This document shows positions 46,813-55,784 of a stretch of 64,000 nt of DNA, piece after piece. Origin of the DNA: an uncultured Acidimicrobiaceae bacterium (GTDB lineage: Bacteria > Actinomycetota > Acidimicrobiia > Acidimicrobiales > Bog-793). The stretch is taken from the NCBI GenBank assembly GCA_963725355.1, contig CAVRYE010000012.1, positions 370,488 to 434,487 on the forward strand. Reading direction: 5' to 3'. Position 1 is the first letter of the stretch. Each line of letters begins with the position of its first letter. Below the pieces are notes generated by a model. The model was not told the origin of the DNA and searched no databases. It was given only the letters and a program-made list of their open reading frames with translations. A program made the translations under genes and the position numbers.

Positions 46813-47282
46813 GCCTGTCGCGCCGGCGCCGGCGCCGGCGCCATGGGGCGGCGACGCTCGCCGGGGCCCTGCTGGCGCTCGGTTTTGCATCGGGCTGCAC
46901 GGGCTACTCGGGCACGCAGGACCACCAGGTGAGCCAATGGGCCACCCAGTACACAGTGATCTCGAACGACCAGACCGTCATGAGCGACGTGAAGGCAATA
47001 AAGCTGTCGCTTCGGGCCCACAAGCTCAAAGACGTGACGAGCAACTGTGCCGGGCTCGTCACCGACGCCGGCACCGGGTACGGGAACTTGCCCACCCCGG
47101 ACAACGTCTTGACCAACGAGCTGGGCGCCGCCTACCAGGACCTCGTCAACGCCGGTGGGCAGTGCGCCCAGGCCACGAGCCTGGGCGGAGCTAAGGTCAC
47201 GGGAGCCCTGCGGACCATTGCCACCGGCGTCGCCGCCCTCGAGCGGGCGACGCGGCGCCTGGCGGCCGACGGGGTCAGCTGA
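46809..47282 (+). CDS. Putative lipoprotein
   Basis: GTG 46809 overlaps the tyrS stop (GTGA). The signal peptide MSLSRRRRRRRHGAATLAGALLALGFASGC has an LGFASGC lipobox. Confidence 0.6.
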   Translation: MSLSRRRRRRRHGAATLAGALLALGFASGCTGYSGTQDHQVSQWATQYTVISNDQTVMSDVKAIKLSLRAHKLKDVTSNCAGLVTDAGTGYGNLPTPDNVLTNELGAAYQDLVNAGGQCAQATSLGGAKVTGALRTIATGVAALERATRRLAADGVS

Positions 47283-47300
47283 GCCCGACCGCGTCGCTCG

Positions 47301-47894
47301 GTGCCGGGCGCGGACGACGCAGGCCCGCTGGCAGGCTACCGTTCGACTGTGAGCACCCGCGGTGTTCCGGTCGGCCCGTATCCGAAAGAGACCGATCCGG
47401 TCGAGTACGAGCGGTTGCGCAGGCGCGTGCTGTGGAAGCTGCCGACCGGTCTGTACGTGCTCGGGAGCAGGGCGGGCGAGACCCGCAACCTGATGACGTT
47501 GAACTGGGTCATGCAGGTCTCAGTCGACCCCAAGCACGTGGCCGTTTCTGTCGAGAAGACAGCCTTCACCCACGGTCTCATCGTCGAGGGGGGCTGCTTT
47601 GCGGTCGCGCTCGTCGCCCGTGACAACAAAGAAGTCGTGCGCAAGTTCGTCAAGCCCGCCGAGCACGACCCAGCTGCTCACACCCTTGCCGGCTTTGCCT
47701 ACCGGGACGGCTTGAGCGGCGCGCCCATCCCCGAGTTCGCCATCGGCTACTTGGACTGCGGCCTGCGCCACAGCCTCGATCTGGGATCGCACTCGCTGTT
47801 TGTCGGTGAGGTGCTCGACGCCGGTCTCGTACCCGGCGGCGAAGAGGTGCTCGTTCTTCGCATGGAAGACACCCGCATGAGCTACGGGGGATAA
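47301..47894 (+). CDS. Flavin reductase family protein (FMN-binding split barrel)
   Basis: LPTGLYVLGSRAGETRNLMTLNWVMQVSVDPKHVAVSVEK...HSLFVGEV matches the Flavin_Reduct pattern. Confidence 0.7.
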   Translation: MPGADDAGPLAGYRSTVSTRGVPVGPYPKETDPVEYERLRRRVLWKLPTGLYVLGSRAGETRNLMTLNWVMQVSVDPKHVAVSVEKTAFTHGLIVEGGCFAVALVARDNKEVVRKFVKPAEHDPAAHTLAGFAYRDGLSGAPIPEFAIGYLDCGLRHSLDLGSHSLFVGEVLDAGLVPGGEEVLVLRMEDTRMSYGG

Positions 47895-47918
47895 GGGGGC
47901 GAGGACGGAGACGATCAC

Positions 47919-49241
47919 ATGAGGGATAGGAGCGGCCGACCCTCGGGTGCCGGTTTCCGGCGCTCGGAGGGAAGTGACGGCTCTGGTGCCGAGGCTCTCA
48001 CGCCTGCCTGGATAGGCGGCCCCGTGGGCGGCTCGGGCACGGTCGTCAGGCGACCGGCTGGGGTGGGTGACTACCGCTGGATCGGGGACGCGGCGGCTTT
48101 CGAGGCCCTCTTGGACGAGCTTGCCTCCTGCGACGTCTACGCCCTCGACACCGAGTTCCACCGTGAGAGGACCTATTTCCCCCATCTCGCCCTGCTTCAG
48201 CTCGCCTGGGAGGGCGGGATCGCCCTCGTCGACCCCCTCGCGGTCGACATCGCCCCTTTCGCGAGGATTCTCGAGGGCCCTGGCGTGGCCGTCGTGCATG
48301 CGGCAGAACAGGACCTCGAGGTGCTCGAGCGGGCTTGTGGGACAGTGCCCAGCCGGCTCTTCGACACCCAGGTGGCAGCTGGTTTCCTCGGTCAGGTCTC
48401 TCCGGCGCTCGTCAAGCTTGTCGAGCGCATCTTGGGCGTGAGGCTCCTAAAGGGCGACCAGTTGACCGACTGGACGCGCCGTCCGCTGTCGGCTGGCCAG
48501 CTCGCCTACGCGGCCGGCGATGTCACCCACCTGCTCGCCCTGCGCAAGAGCATCAGTGCCCGGCTCGAGGAGATGGGCAGGATGGCTTGGGCCGAGGAGG
48601 AGTTCAGCATTGTCTTGTCCAAGGACCGCTCGCCCACAGAGCCGGACGAGGCGTGGTGGCGCCTGCCACGTTCGCGTCAGCTTCGGGGCCCGGCCCGGGG
48701 CGTCGCCCAGTCCGTGGCCGCCTGGCGGGAGCGAAGAGCGAGCCAACTAGACCTCCCGGTGCGTTTCATCCTTCCCGACCTGGCCCTTTTGTCGATAGCC
48801 CAACACCCGGCCCGAACCAGGGAGGACCTGCGCCGTACCCGCAGCCTCGACGGTCGCCACCTCGGCGGAGGCGCCGCCGATGAGGTGCTGGCCGCCATCG
48901 CGGCGGGCCTCGACCTCAGTGCAGGTGAACTTCGCCTCCCTCCCGCTCACGAGCTGGACCAGCCCAATCGCGCTGTGACGGCGCTTGCCACCGCCTACGT
49001 CGCCCAGCGCGCGGCTGACTTGGACCTCGATCCGGCGATCCTGGCCACCCGCGCCGACCTGGTCGAGTTCATGCAGGACCCTCCCCAAGGGCGCCTCGCC
49101 GGGGGCTGGCGGGGGGACCTCGTCGGCGAGGGGCTCCGGCGCCTAGCCGAGGGCAAGGCCTCGCTCTCTTTCGACGGGCATGGCGCGCTCTTGTTGGAGG
49201 AGCGGTCCTTCCGTACCTTCGACCAGGAGGCGCCTTCTTAG
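47919..49241 (+). CDS. rnd: Ribonuclease D-like 3'-5' exonuclease with HRDC domain
   Basis: DEDD motifs (YALDTEF..., AEQDLEVL, YAAGDVTHLL) and an HRDC-like region (VAQSVAAWRERRA...). The N-terminal start is uncertain. Confidence 0.75.
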   Translation: MRDRSGRPSGAGFRRSEGSDGSGAEALTPAWIGGPVGGSGTVVRRPAGVGDYRWIGDAAAFEALLDELASCDVYALDTEFHRERTYFPHLALLQLAWEGGIALVDPLAVDIAPFARILEGPGVAVVHAAEQDLEVLERACGTVPSRLFDTQVAAGFLGQVSPALVKLVERILGVRLLKGDQLTDWTRRPLSAGQLAYAAGDVTHLLALRKSISARLEEMGRMAWAEEEFSIVLSKDRSPTEPDEAWWRLPRSRQLRGPARGVAQSVAAWRERRASQLDLPVRFILPDLALLSIAQHPARTREDLRRTRSLDGRHLGGGAADEVLAAIAAGLDLSAGELRLPPAHELDQPNRAVTALATAYVAQRAADLDLDPAILATRADLVEFMQDPPQGRLAGGWRGDLVGEGLRRLAEGKASLSFDGHGALLLEERSFRTFDQEAPS

Positions 49242-49510
49242 GCTTGCTCGTTGGACGGGCTGGCGGCGCCTTCGGCGCCGCTTGGCGGTGGGTTCTCGGG
49301 TCGCAGATCGACGCGAAGGGTCAAGATGCCGTCTTCTACCGTCCCGACGGCATCACCGAGCATGGCGAAGTCCTGGAAGTCCAACTGCATCTGGCGCAGG
49401 ATCATCTGCCGTTCGGCTCCTTCGACAGGTGGCAAGCCCCGCCGGCGGACGGCCGCCGCCCGTTCGCGGAAGCGCTCGATCATCTCGCCCGGGTCGAATT
49501 GGTCGCTCAC
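49238..49510 (-). CDS. Hypothetical small protein (90 aa)
   Basis: The ORF has GC3 bias consistent with coding. It is convergent with rnd (4-nt overlap). No recognised family. Confidence 0.4.
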   Translation of the reverse strand: MSDQFDPGEMIERFRERAAAVRRRGLPPVEGAERQMILRQMQLDFQDFAMLGDAVGTVEDGILTLRVDLRPENPPPSGAEGAASPSNEQA

Positions 49511-49717
49511 CGCTTCGACGATAATGGGGCAGGCGCCAGGGCGCGAGAGAGGCGCCGGGCGAAGCTGAGACGTGCCCGGACCGTGACCTGGATCGATATG
49601 CTGTAGGCACCTGGCAGGGCGACCTTGGGGGCGCCAGTCGGCCAGTGCGGCAGCGGCTCTGTCGGTTCACCTCACCGCCGCTGTCGAAGCGGCATCCGTG
49701 AATCTTGGGAGCGGCTC

Positions 49718-49981
49718 GTGAAAAAGGGACGTCATCGGCGTTTCGAAGAGGCGCGCAGCCTAAAGCGCGCAATCGAAGTAACAGTGGAGCCGTGCCCCGA
49801 ATGTGGGGCCGACCCGGAAGAGGAGCACGCCTCCTGGTGCCTTTACGAATCCGAGGAGCTGGACGAGGCCGATGAGGTCGGCGAGGTCGGCGCGCTCTCG
49901 CCCCTCCCGGCTGCCGACTCCGGCCACAACGGGGCCTACGGCCACCTCGACGGCGACGTCTCCGGCAAGCTGCCCGGCTAA
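49718..49981 (+). CDS. Hypothetical small acidic protein with CxxC...HxxxC motif (87 aa)
   Basis: GTG 49718 lies 8 nt after GGGAG in ORF 49625..49981. VKKGRHRRFEEARSLKR...CPECG...HASWC is followed by an acidic tail. Confidence 0.45.
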   Translation: MKKGRHRRFEEARSLKRAIEVTVEPCPECGADPEEEHASWCLYESEELDEADEVGEVGALSPLPAADSGHNGAYGHLDGDVSGKLPG

Positions 49982-50011
49982 GGGTCGCCCAGCTGCACCT
50001 CGGCTTTCCGC

Positions 50012-50779
50012 CTATGTCTCGCCGGCGTTCTGGCGGAGGGCCGGATGGGCGAGTATTGACCTGCCCCGCCCCTTGCGGGTGGTCCGGGCTCTCATATAGC
50101 AGGCGAGCAAGTCGTAGACCTCCTCTCCTGCCATGGCGACAAGTTCGTCTCGGAGCGAGACGTAGACAGGCTCGCGAGCGGTGAAGGCCTCGGGTGCCTC
50201 GGTGCACCACCAGGCGAATTCCTTGCCGCCTTCGCCCCAGTGACGGCGGGCCCACTCGCCGAGCGAGCTCGTCACGTGCCCGTCGGGCGCCACGGAGTCC
50301 TCCCGCCGCAGGGGGAGCTGCCAGCAGACGTCGGGTTTGAGCTCCAGAGGAGGCACCCCGCGATCAAGCGCCGCCTTGTGCAGGGCGCATCCGATGCCTC
50401 CTGGATGCGAGGGCCGGTTCAAGAAGATGCAGGCGCCGGCGACGAGGCGGGTGGTGATGGCGCCCTTGGCGTCGCGCTTGAGCACGCCCTTGCCCCGTGC
50501 TTTTCGGCGGAACTGCCATTGCTCGTCGGTGAGGCTTGCCGCCGCCGCCCCGACCCGGCTCGCGTCGGCCTCGTCGGTGAAGTGCGCCCCGTACGAACAG
50601 CACCCCTCCATCTGCTCGGGGGCCGGTGCGGTGAGCACGCCCTGGCAACCGGCCCCGTATATGCAACGCCAGGGACTCGCGAGGAAGGTGACGTCCATCA
50701 GCCAGGTGCGCTCCTCTGAAGGGTCCTCGAAGCTGACCCACTCATGGGCGTCAGCAGGTGCACTCGGCTCGGCGGGCAT
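50012..50779 (-). CDS. Conserved Cys-rich hypothetical protein
   Basis: In ORF 50012..50911. I prefer ATG 50779 to avoid overlapping the divergent nfuA-like gene. WRCIYGAGCQGV...GCCSYGAHF...ACIFLN...GCALH is a conserved-looking Cys pattern. Confidence 0.55.
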   Translation of the reverse strand: MPAEPSAPADAHEWVSFEDPSEERTWLMDVTFLASPWRCIYGAGCQGVLTAPAPEQMEGCCSYGAHFTDEADASRVGAAAASLTDEQWQFRRKARGKGVLKRDAKGAITTRLVAGACIFLNRPSHPGGIGCALHKAALDRGVPPLELKPDVCWQLPLRREDSVAPDGHVTSSLGEWARRHWGEGGKEFAWWCTEAPEAFTAREPVYVSLRDELVAMAGEEVYDLLACYMRARTTRKGRGRSILAHPALRQNAGET

Positions 50780-50801
50780 CGGGCCAAGGTAGCGTTTCGG
50801 T

Positions 50802-51443
50802 GTGGACGAGGTGATAGCTGTCACGCCCGCCGCCTTGGAGCTGGTGCGTGCGGCCCTTGTCCTCCAGCCCCGGGGCGAGGAGCTGGCGCTGTGGCTGGAG
50901 GTAAACGGCATCGCCCGTGGCGCTTACACCTACGACTTGTGGTTCGGGCCCCGTTCTGGCGTAGCCGCACGAGACGCGATCAAGTTCCAGGGCGAGGTCA
51001 TGTTCGTCGTGCCGGCCGAGAGCGTCGCCCGCCTCCGCGGCTCGGTGCTCGACTCGAGCCAGCTTTCGGGCGAGGCGAGCCTTGTCATCTCCAACCCCAA
51101 CACGCCCTCTTCCTCGCCCACGGCGGTGCCCCGGGGAGACCTGACCGGGCCCGTGGCGCGACGCGTGCTCGACGTGCTCGAAGTGCATGTGAACCCTGCC
51201 ATCTCCGCGCATGGGGGCCACGTCCGCCTCGTAGGTGTCGAGGGCGAGGTCGCCTATGTCGAGATGTCGGGCGGCTGCCAAGGCTGTGGCCTGGCGGGTG
51301 TGACGCTCAGCCAGGGCATCGCCGTCACTGTCACCGACGCCGTCGAGGAGATCAGGGAGGTCGTTGACGTGACCGACCATGTCTTGGGCACGCGCCCGTA
51401 CTTCGAGCCGGGACGGGTCTCAACCGTGCCGCAGTCACCTTGA
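50802..51443 (+). CDS. NfuA-like Fe-S cluster carrier (degenerate IscA/HesB-like N-domain + NifU C-domain)
   Basis: C-terminal HGGHVRLVGVEGEVAYVEMSGGCQGCG carries the NifU CxxC motif. The N-terminal half resembles an A-type carrier without its Cys ligands. Confidence 0.7.
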   Translation: MDEVIAVTPAALELVRAALVLQPRGEELALWLEVNGIARGAYTYDLWFGPRSGVAARDAIKFQGEVMFVVPAESVARLRGSVLDSSQLSGEASLVISNPNTPSSSPTAVPRGDLTGPVARRVLDVLEVHVNPAISAHGGHVRLVGVEGEVAYVEMSGGCQGCGLAGVTLSQGIAVTVTDAVEEIREVVDVTDHVLGTRPYFEPGRVSTVPQSP

Positions 51444-51452
51444 GACACCCTC

Positions 51453-52034
51453 GTGGGTGATCACGTCGTTCTGATCGGGATGATGGGCTCGGGCAAGTCG
51501 ACGGTTGGTCGTATCGTGGCCGACCGTATGCACAGGCCTTATTACGACACCGACACCGAGGTCGAGCGCCGCACGGGCAGCACCGTCCCCGCCCTGTTCG
51601 CCGACCGAGGCGAGCTTGCTTTTCGTGCCGAGGAACGGGCGGCGTTGTGCTCGGTCCTAGCCTCGAGCGTGCCGTCAGTCATCGCCGCCGGCGGCGGCGC
51701 CGTGATCGACCCGGAGAGCCGTCGCCGCCTGCGCTCGAGTGGTCTCGTCGTCTGGCTGGAGAACGGGGTGGGCGCTCTCGCCACCCGTCTCGGGACCGGA
51801 CAGGGCCGTCCGCTGCTCGAAGGGGACCCGGCGGGCGCCTTGAGGCGCCTCGACGCGAGGAGGCGGCCGGTCTACCGGGAGCTGTCGGAGTTCACCTTGC
51901 CCGCAGGCTCGCGCCGCGCCGAGGTCCTCGCCGAGGCCGTCGTGAAGGCGGCTCGGGACCGCCTCGAGGTTCGCACCGCGCCGCCATCGTCGCGGGCGTT
52001 GGCTTTGCGCACCGGCCAGGGATCGCGAGAATGA
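51453..52034 (+). CDS. aroK: Shikimate kinase
   Basis: VLIGMMGSGKSTVGR (Walker A), YDTD, and GGGAV. It overlaps aroB (ATGA). Confidence 0.85.
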   Translation: MGDHVVLIGMMGSGKSTVGRIVADRMHRPYYDTDTEVERRTGSTVPALFADRGELAFRAEERAALCSVLASSVPSVIAAGGGAVIDPESRRRLRSSGLVVWLENGVGALATRLGTGQGRPLLEGDPAGALRRLDARRRPVYRELSEFTLPAGSRRAEVLAEAVVKAARDRLEVRTAPPSSRALALRTGQGSRE

Positions 52035-53101
52035 CCGTGGAGGTGGCGGGGGGCGCCCGCGACCCGATACGCGTCAAGGTCGCCTTGGCGGAGCGCTCCT
52101 ACGAGGTTCTCATCGGGCCGGGCGTGCGGGACAGACTTGCCGCCCAGATACCGCCCGGGGCACGCCGGGCGACCGTCGTCACCCAGAGCCGTATCGGTGT
52201 CGTCGTCGACCCTGGCGTCGCCCACGAGGTCGTGACCATCCCCGACGGCGAGAGGGCCAAGTCGCTTGCAACCATCGAGGAGCTCTGTAGGGCCATGGCG
52301 CGCTCGGGAATGCACCGTGGCGACGTCGTCGTGGCCGTCGGCGGCGGCGTCGTGACCGACGTCGCCGGGTTCGCCGCCTCGGTCTACAACCGCGGCATTG
52401 CCCTCGTGAACGTCCCGACCACCTTGCTCGGCCAGGTCGATGCCGCCATCGGCGGCAAGACGGGCGTCAACCTACCCGAGGGCAAGAACCTCGTCGGCTC
52501 CTTCTGGCAGCCCCTCGCCGTGCTCTGCGACACCGAGACCCTCGCCAGCCTGCCCGAGCGGGAGTGGCGCTCCGGGCACGGGGAGATGGCGAAGTACGCC
52601 TTCTTGGGGATCGACGACCTCGACCGGCTGGAGCTTCAAGCTCAGGTGGCTCGCTGTGTAGCGCTCAAGGCCGAGGTCGTCGCCGCTGACGAGCGGGAGA
52701 GCGGTCGCCGCGCCGTGTTGAACTACGGTCATACCTTGGCTCACGCACTGGAGGCGGCCGGACTGGCCAGCGAGGACTCGAACAGCCCGGGGAGCGAGCT
52801 TTCCCACGGTGAGGCCGTCGGGACGGGTCTCGTCTTCGCGGCTGAGTTGGCCTTCGCCCTCGGGCGTATCGAGGCGGGGCGAGTGGAGCGTCACCGGCAA
52901 GTGGTCGCGGGTTACGACCTGCCGACGCGGCTCCCTCCAGGGGCAGAGCCGACGGGTCTCGTCGATTTCATGGTCCGTGACAAGAAGTCCGACGGCACCT
53001 TGAGTTTCGTCCTCGACGGTCCCGGCGGGGTCGAGCCCGTGAAAGGTGTCGAGGAGGCGCTCGTGATCGAGGTACTGGAAACGATGAGGACCAAGCGGTG
53101 A
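52031..53101 (+). CDS. aroB: 3-Dehydroquinate synthase
   Basis: ATG 52031 lies in ORF 51647..53101. GGGVVTDVAGFAA, VPTTLLGQVDAAIGGKTGVN and NYGHTLAHALE. Confidence 0.9.
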   Translation: MTVEVAGGARDPIRVKVALAERSYEVLIGPGVRDRLAAQIPPGARRATVVTQSRIGVVVDPGVAHEVVTIPDGERAKSLATIEELCRAMARSGMHRGDVVVAVGGGVVTDVAGFAASVYNRGIALVNVPTTLLGQVDAAIGGKTGVNLPEGKNLVGSFWQPLAVLCDTETLASLPEREWRSGHGEMAKYAFLGIDDLDRLELQAQVARCVALKAEVVAADERESGRRAVLNYGHTLAHALEAAGLASEDSNSPGSELSHGEAVGTGLVFAAELAFALGRIEAGRVERHRQVVAGYDLPTRLPPGAEPTGLVDFMVRDKKSDGTLSFVLDGPGGVEPVKGVEEALVIEVLETMRTKR

Positions 53102-53580
53102 GCCAAAAAGCCGCGTCCCGCCCGGTCATGTTGTTGCTCTCGGGCCCGAACCTCGCCCTGTTGGGCGAGCGCCAGCCCGAGATCTATGGCACGGCCACGC
53201 TCTTGGACCATGTCGACCGGGCCCGGCGGGCCGCGTCGGGGCTGGGCTTCGAGCTCGACCACATCCAAAGCGAGCATGAGTCAGAGCTCATAGAGGCGGT
53301 TCATCACGCCCGGGGAAGCGTGGCGGCGATCGTGGTCAATGCCGGCGCGCTCTCGCATACGAGCTGGGCGCTGCACGACGCCCTCGCCAGTTTCGAGGGC
53401 GTCGTGGTCGAGCTCCACTTGTCCAATCCCGACGCCCGTGAGCCCTGGCGGCGCCTCTCAGTGCTGGCGCCGGTGGTGGACGGGTCCGTGGCCGGTTTCG
53501 GCGGCCTTGGCTACGAGCTCGCCGTCGAGGGAGCCGCGCGTCTTGTCGCCGGGCGCCTCGAAGCCGCCGGCGGGGCATAG
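53098..53580 (+). CDS. aroQ: Type II 3-dehydroquinate dehydratase
   Basis: LLLSGPNLALLGERQPEIYG, QSEHESELI, NAGALSHTS and HLSNP. Confidence 0.9.
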   Translation: MSQKAASRPVMLLLSGPNLALLGERQPEIYGTATLLDHVDRARRAASGLGFELDHIQSEHESELIEAVHHARGSVAAIVVNAGALSHTSWALHDALASFEGVVVELHLSNPDAREPWRRLSVLAPVVDGSVAGFGGLGYELAVEGAARLVAGRLEAAGGA

Positions 53581-53591
53581 CATCTGCGCCG

Positions 53592-54713
53592 ATGCTGAAC
53601 GGTCGTGAAATCGCAACGCTGCCCGAGATGGACCTCGCCGCACGCCTGCCCCGCCTGACAGGGCGGCTGTCTGAATACGGCTGTGACGGCCTTCTCGTCA
53701 CAAACCTCGTCAACATCGCCTACTTGACCGGGTTCACAGGCTCGGCCGGCCTGCTGCTCGTGCGTCCCGACGACTCGTTGCTCGTCACAGACGGCCGCTA
53801 CCGGAACCAGTCCGCCGAACAGGTAAAGGCGGCCGGTGCGCCCGTGCGGGTCGAGATCGGCCGGCCAGCGGCCCAGCTCGAGTCGATAGAGCAGGTGGCG
53901 AGGACCCTTCCCCGCCTCGGCCTCGAGTCCGAGGACATCACCTGGGGCGCCCAGCAGCGCCTGGCGAACCTGCTCGGGCGCGCCACAAAGCTGGTGCCGG
54001 TCTCTCGGGCAGTCGAGGCCCTGCGGGTGATCAAGGACGAGGGTGAGCTCGCCCGCATCGAGCTGGCGGCCGACATCGCCGATGTCGCCCTGGCCCAGGT
54101 CAAAGAGCTCCTGAAAGAATCGCCCACCGAGCACGACTTCGCCATAGCCCTCGACTTCGAGATGCGCCGGCGTGGCGCCGACTCGGTGGCTTTCGACACG
54201 ATCGTCGGCAGCGGGCCGAACGGGGCCCTGCCCCATGCCCAGCCCTCCGAGCGCCGCATCGAGCCCGGCGAGCTGATCGTGGTCGACTTCGGGGCGACGG
54301 TCGAGGGTTACCGCTCCGACATGACGCGCACGCTTTGTGTGGGGGAGACCCGTTCCAAGGAGCTGCGCCAGGTCGTGGACGCCGTTATCGCCGCCCAGCG
54401 CGCCGGCGTGTTAGCGCTGCGCCCCGGGGTGAAAGGCTCCGAGGTCGATGCGGCCTGCCGGGAATCGCTCGCCTCGGCCGGTTTCGCCGACTCGTTCTCG
54501 CACGGGACGGGCCATGGTGTCGGCCTCGAGATCCACGAGGCCCCGGCTGTCTCCCAGGAGTCCACTGATATCCTCGAGGCCGGTGCCGTCGTGACCGTCG
54601 AGCCCGGCGTCTACCTCTACCCAACCGGGGGCGCCCGCATCGAGGACACCTTGGTCGTGACGGCCACCGGCTCCCGGCTGCTGACCAAGTCGACGAAGGA
54701 CTACGTGCTCTGA
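53592..54713 (+). CDS. Xaa-Pro aminopeptidase (M24B family)
   Basis: Creatinase-like N-domain plus a pita-bread domain with metal ligands in VDFGA...YRSDMTRT...HGTGHGVGLEIHE...TVEPG...RIED. Confidence 0.85.
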   Translation: MLNGREIATLPEMDLAARLPRLTGRLSEYGCDGLLVTNLVNIAYLTGFTGSAGLLLVRPDDSLLVTDGRYRNQSAEQVKAAGAPVRVEIGRPAAQLESIEQVARTLPRLGLESEDITWGAQQRLANLLGRATKLVPVSRAVEALRVIKDEGELARIELAADIADVALAQVKELLKESPTEHDFAIALDFEMRRRGADSVAFDTIVGSGPNGALPHAQPSERRIEPGELIVVDFGATVEGYRSDMTRTLCVGETRSKELRQVVDAVIAAQRAGVLALRPGVKGSEVDAACRESLASAGFADSFSHGTGHGVGLEIHEAPAVSQESTDILEAGAVVTVEPGVYLYPTGGARIEDTLVVTATGSRLLTKSTKDYVL

Positions 54714-55273
54714 TGGCTTTTTCAACCAATGACCTGCGCAACGGCATGACCCTTGACCTGCCCGAAGGGCTCTTCACAGTCGTGGAGTTCCAGCACGTAA
54801 AGCCGGGCAAGGGGGGCGCCTTCGTGCGCACCAAGCTGCGCAATGCCCGCACCAAGGCCGTCATCGAGCGCACCTTCAGGGCAGGCGAGCAGGTCGAGCA
54901 GGCGGTCATCGACAAGCGCGAGATGCAGTACCTCTACCGCGACGGTCAGGACTACGTCTTCATGGACAACGTCTCCTACGACCAGTTGCAGGTGAGCGAG
55001 GCTTCGCTCGGCGACGCCGCCCCGTACATCAAAGAGGGCGACTCGGCGGTGATGCAGATGTACGACAACGAGATCGTGGGCGTCGACCTGCCGGCGGCGG
55101 TCGAGCTGACGGTGACCGAGACCGAGCCCGGCCTGCAGGGCGACAGGGTCTCCGGTGCCCGCAAGCCGGCCACCTTGGAGACCGGTCTCGTGGTCCAGGT
55201 GCCGCTGTTCGTCAACCCGGGCGAGCGCATCAAGGTCGACACCCGGACCGGTGAGTATCTCACCAGGGCCTGA
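54713..55273 (+). CDS. efp: Elongation factor P
   Basis: MAFSTNDLRNGMTLDL...VEFQHVKPGKGGAFVRTKLRN, 186 aa. Confidence 0.95.
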   Translation: MAFSTNDLRNGMTLDLPEGLFTVVEFQHVKPGKGGAFVRTKLRNARTKAVIERTFRAGEQVEQAVIDKREMQYLYRDGQDYVFMDNVSYDQLQVSEASLGDAAPYIKEGDSAVMQMYDNEIVGVDLPAAVELTVTETEPGLQGDRVSGARKPATLETGLVVQVPLFVNPGERIKVDTRTGEYLTRA

Positions 55274-55730
55274 GGGCCCCCCCCTCCGCAGTGCTCCCGG
55301 GGCCAGGCGCCGGGCGCGCGAGAGGGCACTCGAGCTGCTCTACGAAGCCGAGACCAAGGACATGAGTCCCAGCGAGCTTTTGGGCGAGCTGCCTGTCGCG
55401 CCCGAGCCGTACGCGGTGGAGCTCGTCCTGGGCGTCGAGCGCCTGGGCGGAAAGCTCAATGATCTCGTCTCCCGCCACGCCACTGGATGGGCCGTCGAGC
55501 GCATGCCCGTGATCGACCGCTGCGTGCTCAAGATGGCCACCTTCGAGCTGTGCGGCGAGGCCAATGTCCCCATCGCCGTCGTGCTCGACGAGGCCGTCGA
55601 GATCGCCAAGTCCTACTCGACCGAGGATTCCGGGCGTTTCGTCAACGGGGTGCTCTCAGCGATCGCGGCCGAGATCATGGAGAAAGGGCGCGAACAAGCC
55701 GGCACGCCGATCGAAGAGTCGGTAGAGTGA
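55251..55730 (+). CDS. nusB: Transcription antitermination factor NusB
   Basis: GTG 55251 lies in ORF 55155..55730 and is the only start codon near the efp stop. RRARERALELLYEAE...IDRCVLKMATFEL...VVLDEAVEIAKSYS. Confidence 0.85.
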   Translation: MSISPGPEGPPLRSAPGARRRARERALELLYEAETKDMSPSELLGELPVAPEPYAVELVLGVERLGGKLNDLVSRHATGWAVERMPVIDRCVLKMATFELCGEANVPIAVVLDEAVEIAKSYSTEDSGRFVNGVLSAIAAEIMEKGREQAGTPIEESVE

Positions 55731-55746
55731 CGCCTCGGACGTAAAG

Positions 55747-55764
55747 CGGGTCCAGAGAGGCCCG
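55747..55764 (+). promoter_or_regulatory. PyrR-binding stem-loop (pyr leader RNA)
   Basis: CGGG-UCCAGAGAGG-CCCG. The loop and upper stem match the remembered PyrR recognition consensus (A/G)UCCAGAGAGG(C/U). It lies 20 nt upstream of the pyrR RBS GAGGAG. Confidence 0.65.
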
Positions 55765-55784
55765 TACGGACGAGAGGAGCCCGA

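Noticed and set aside
51647-52030. A 128-codon N-terminal extension of the aroB ORF (the track lists 51647..53101).
   Set aside because: The extension is an out-of-frame reading of aroK. aroB starts at ATG 52031, overlapping the aroK stop.
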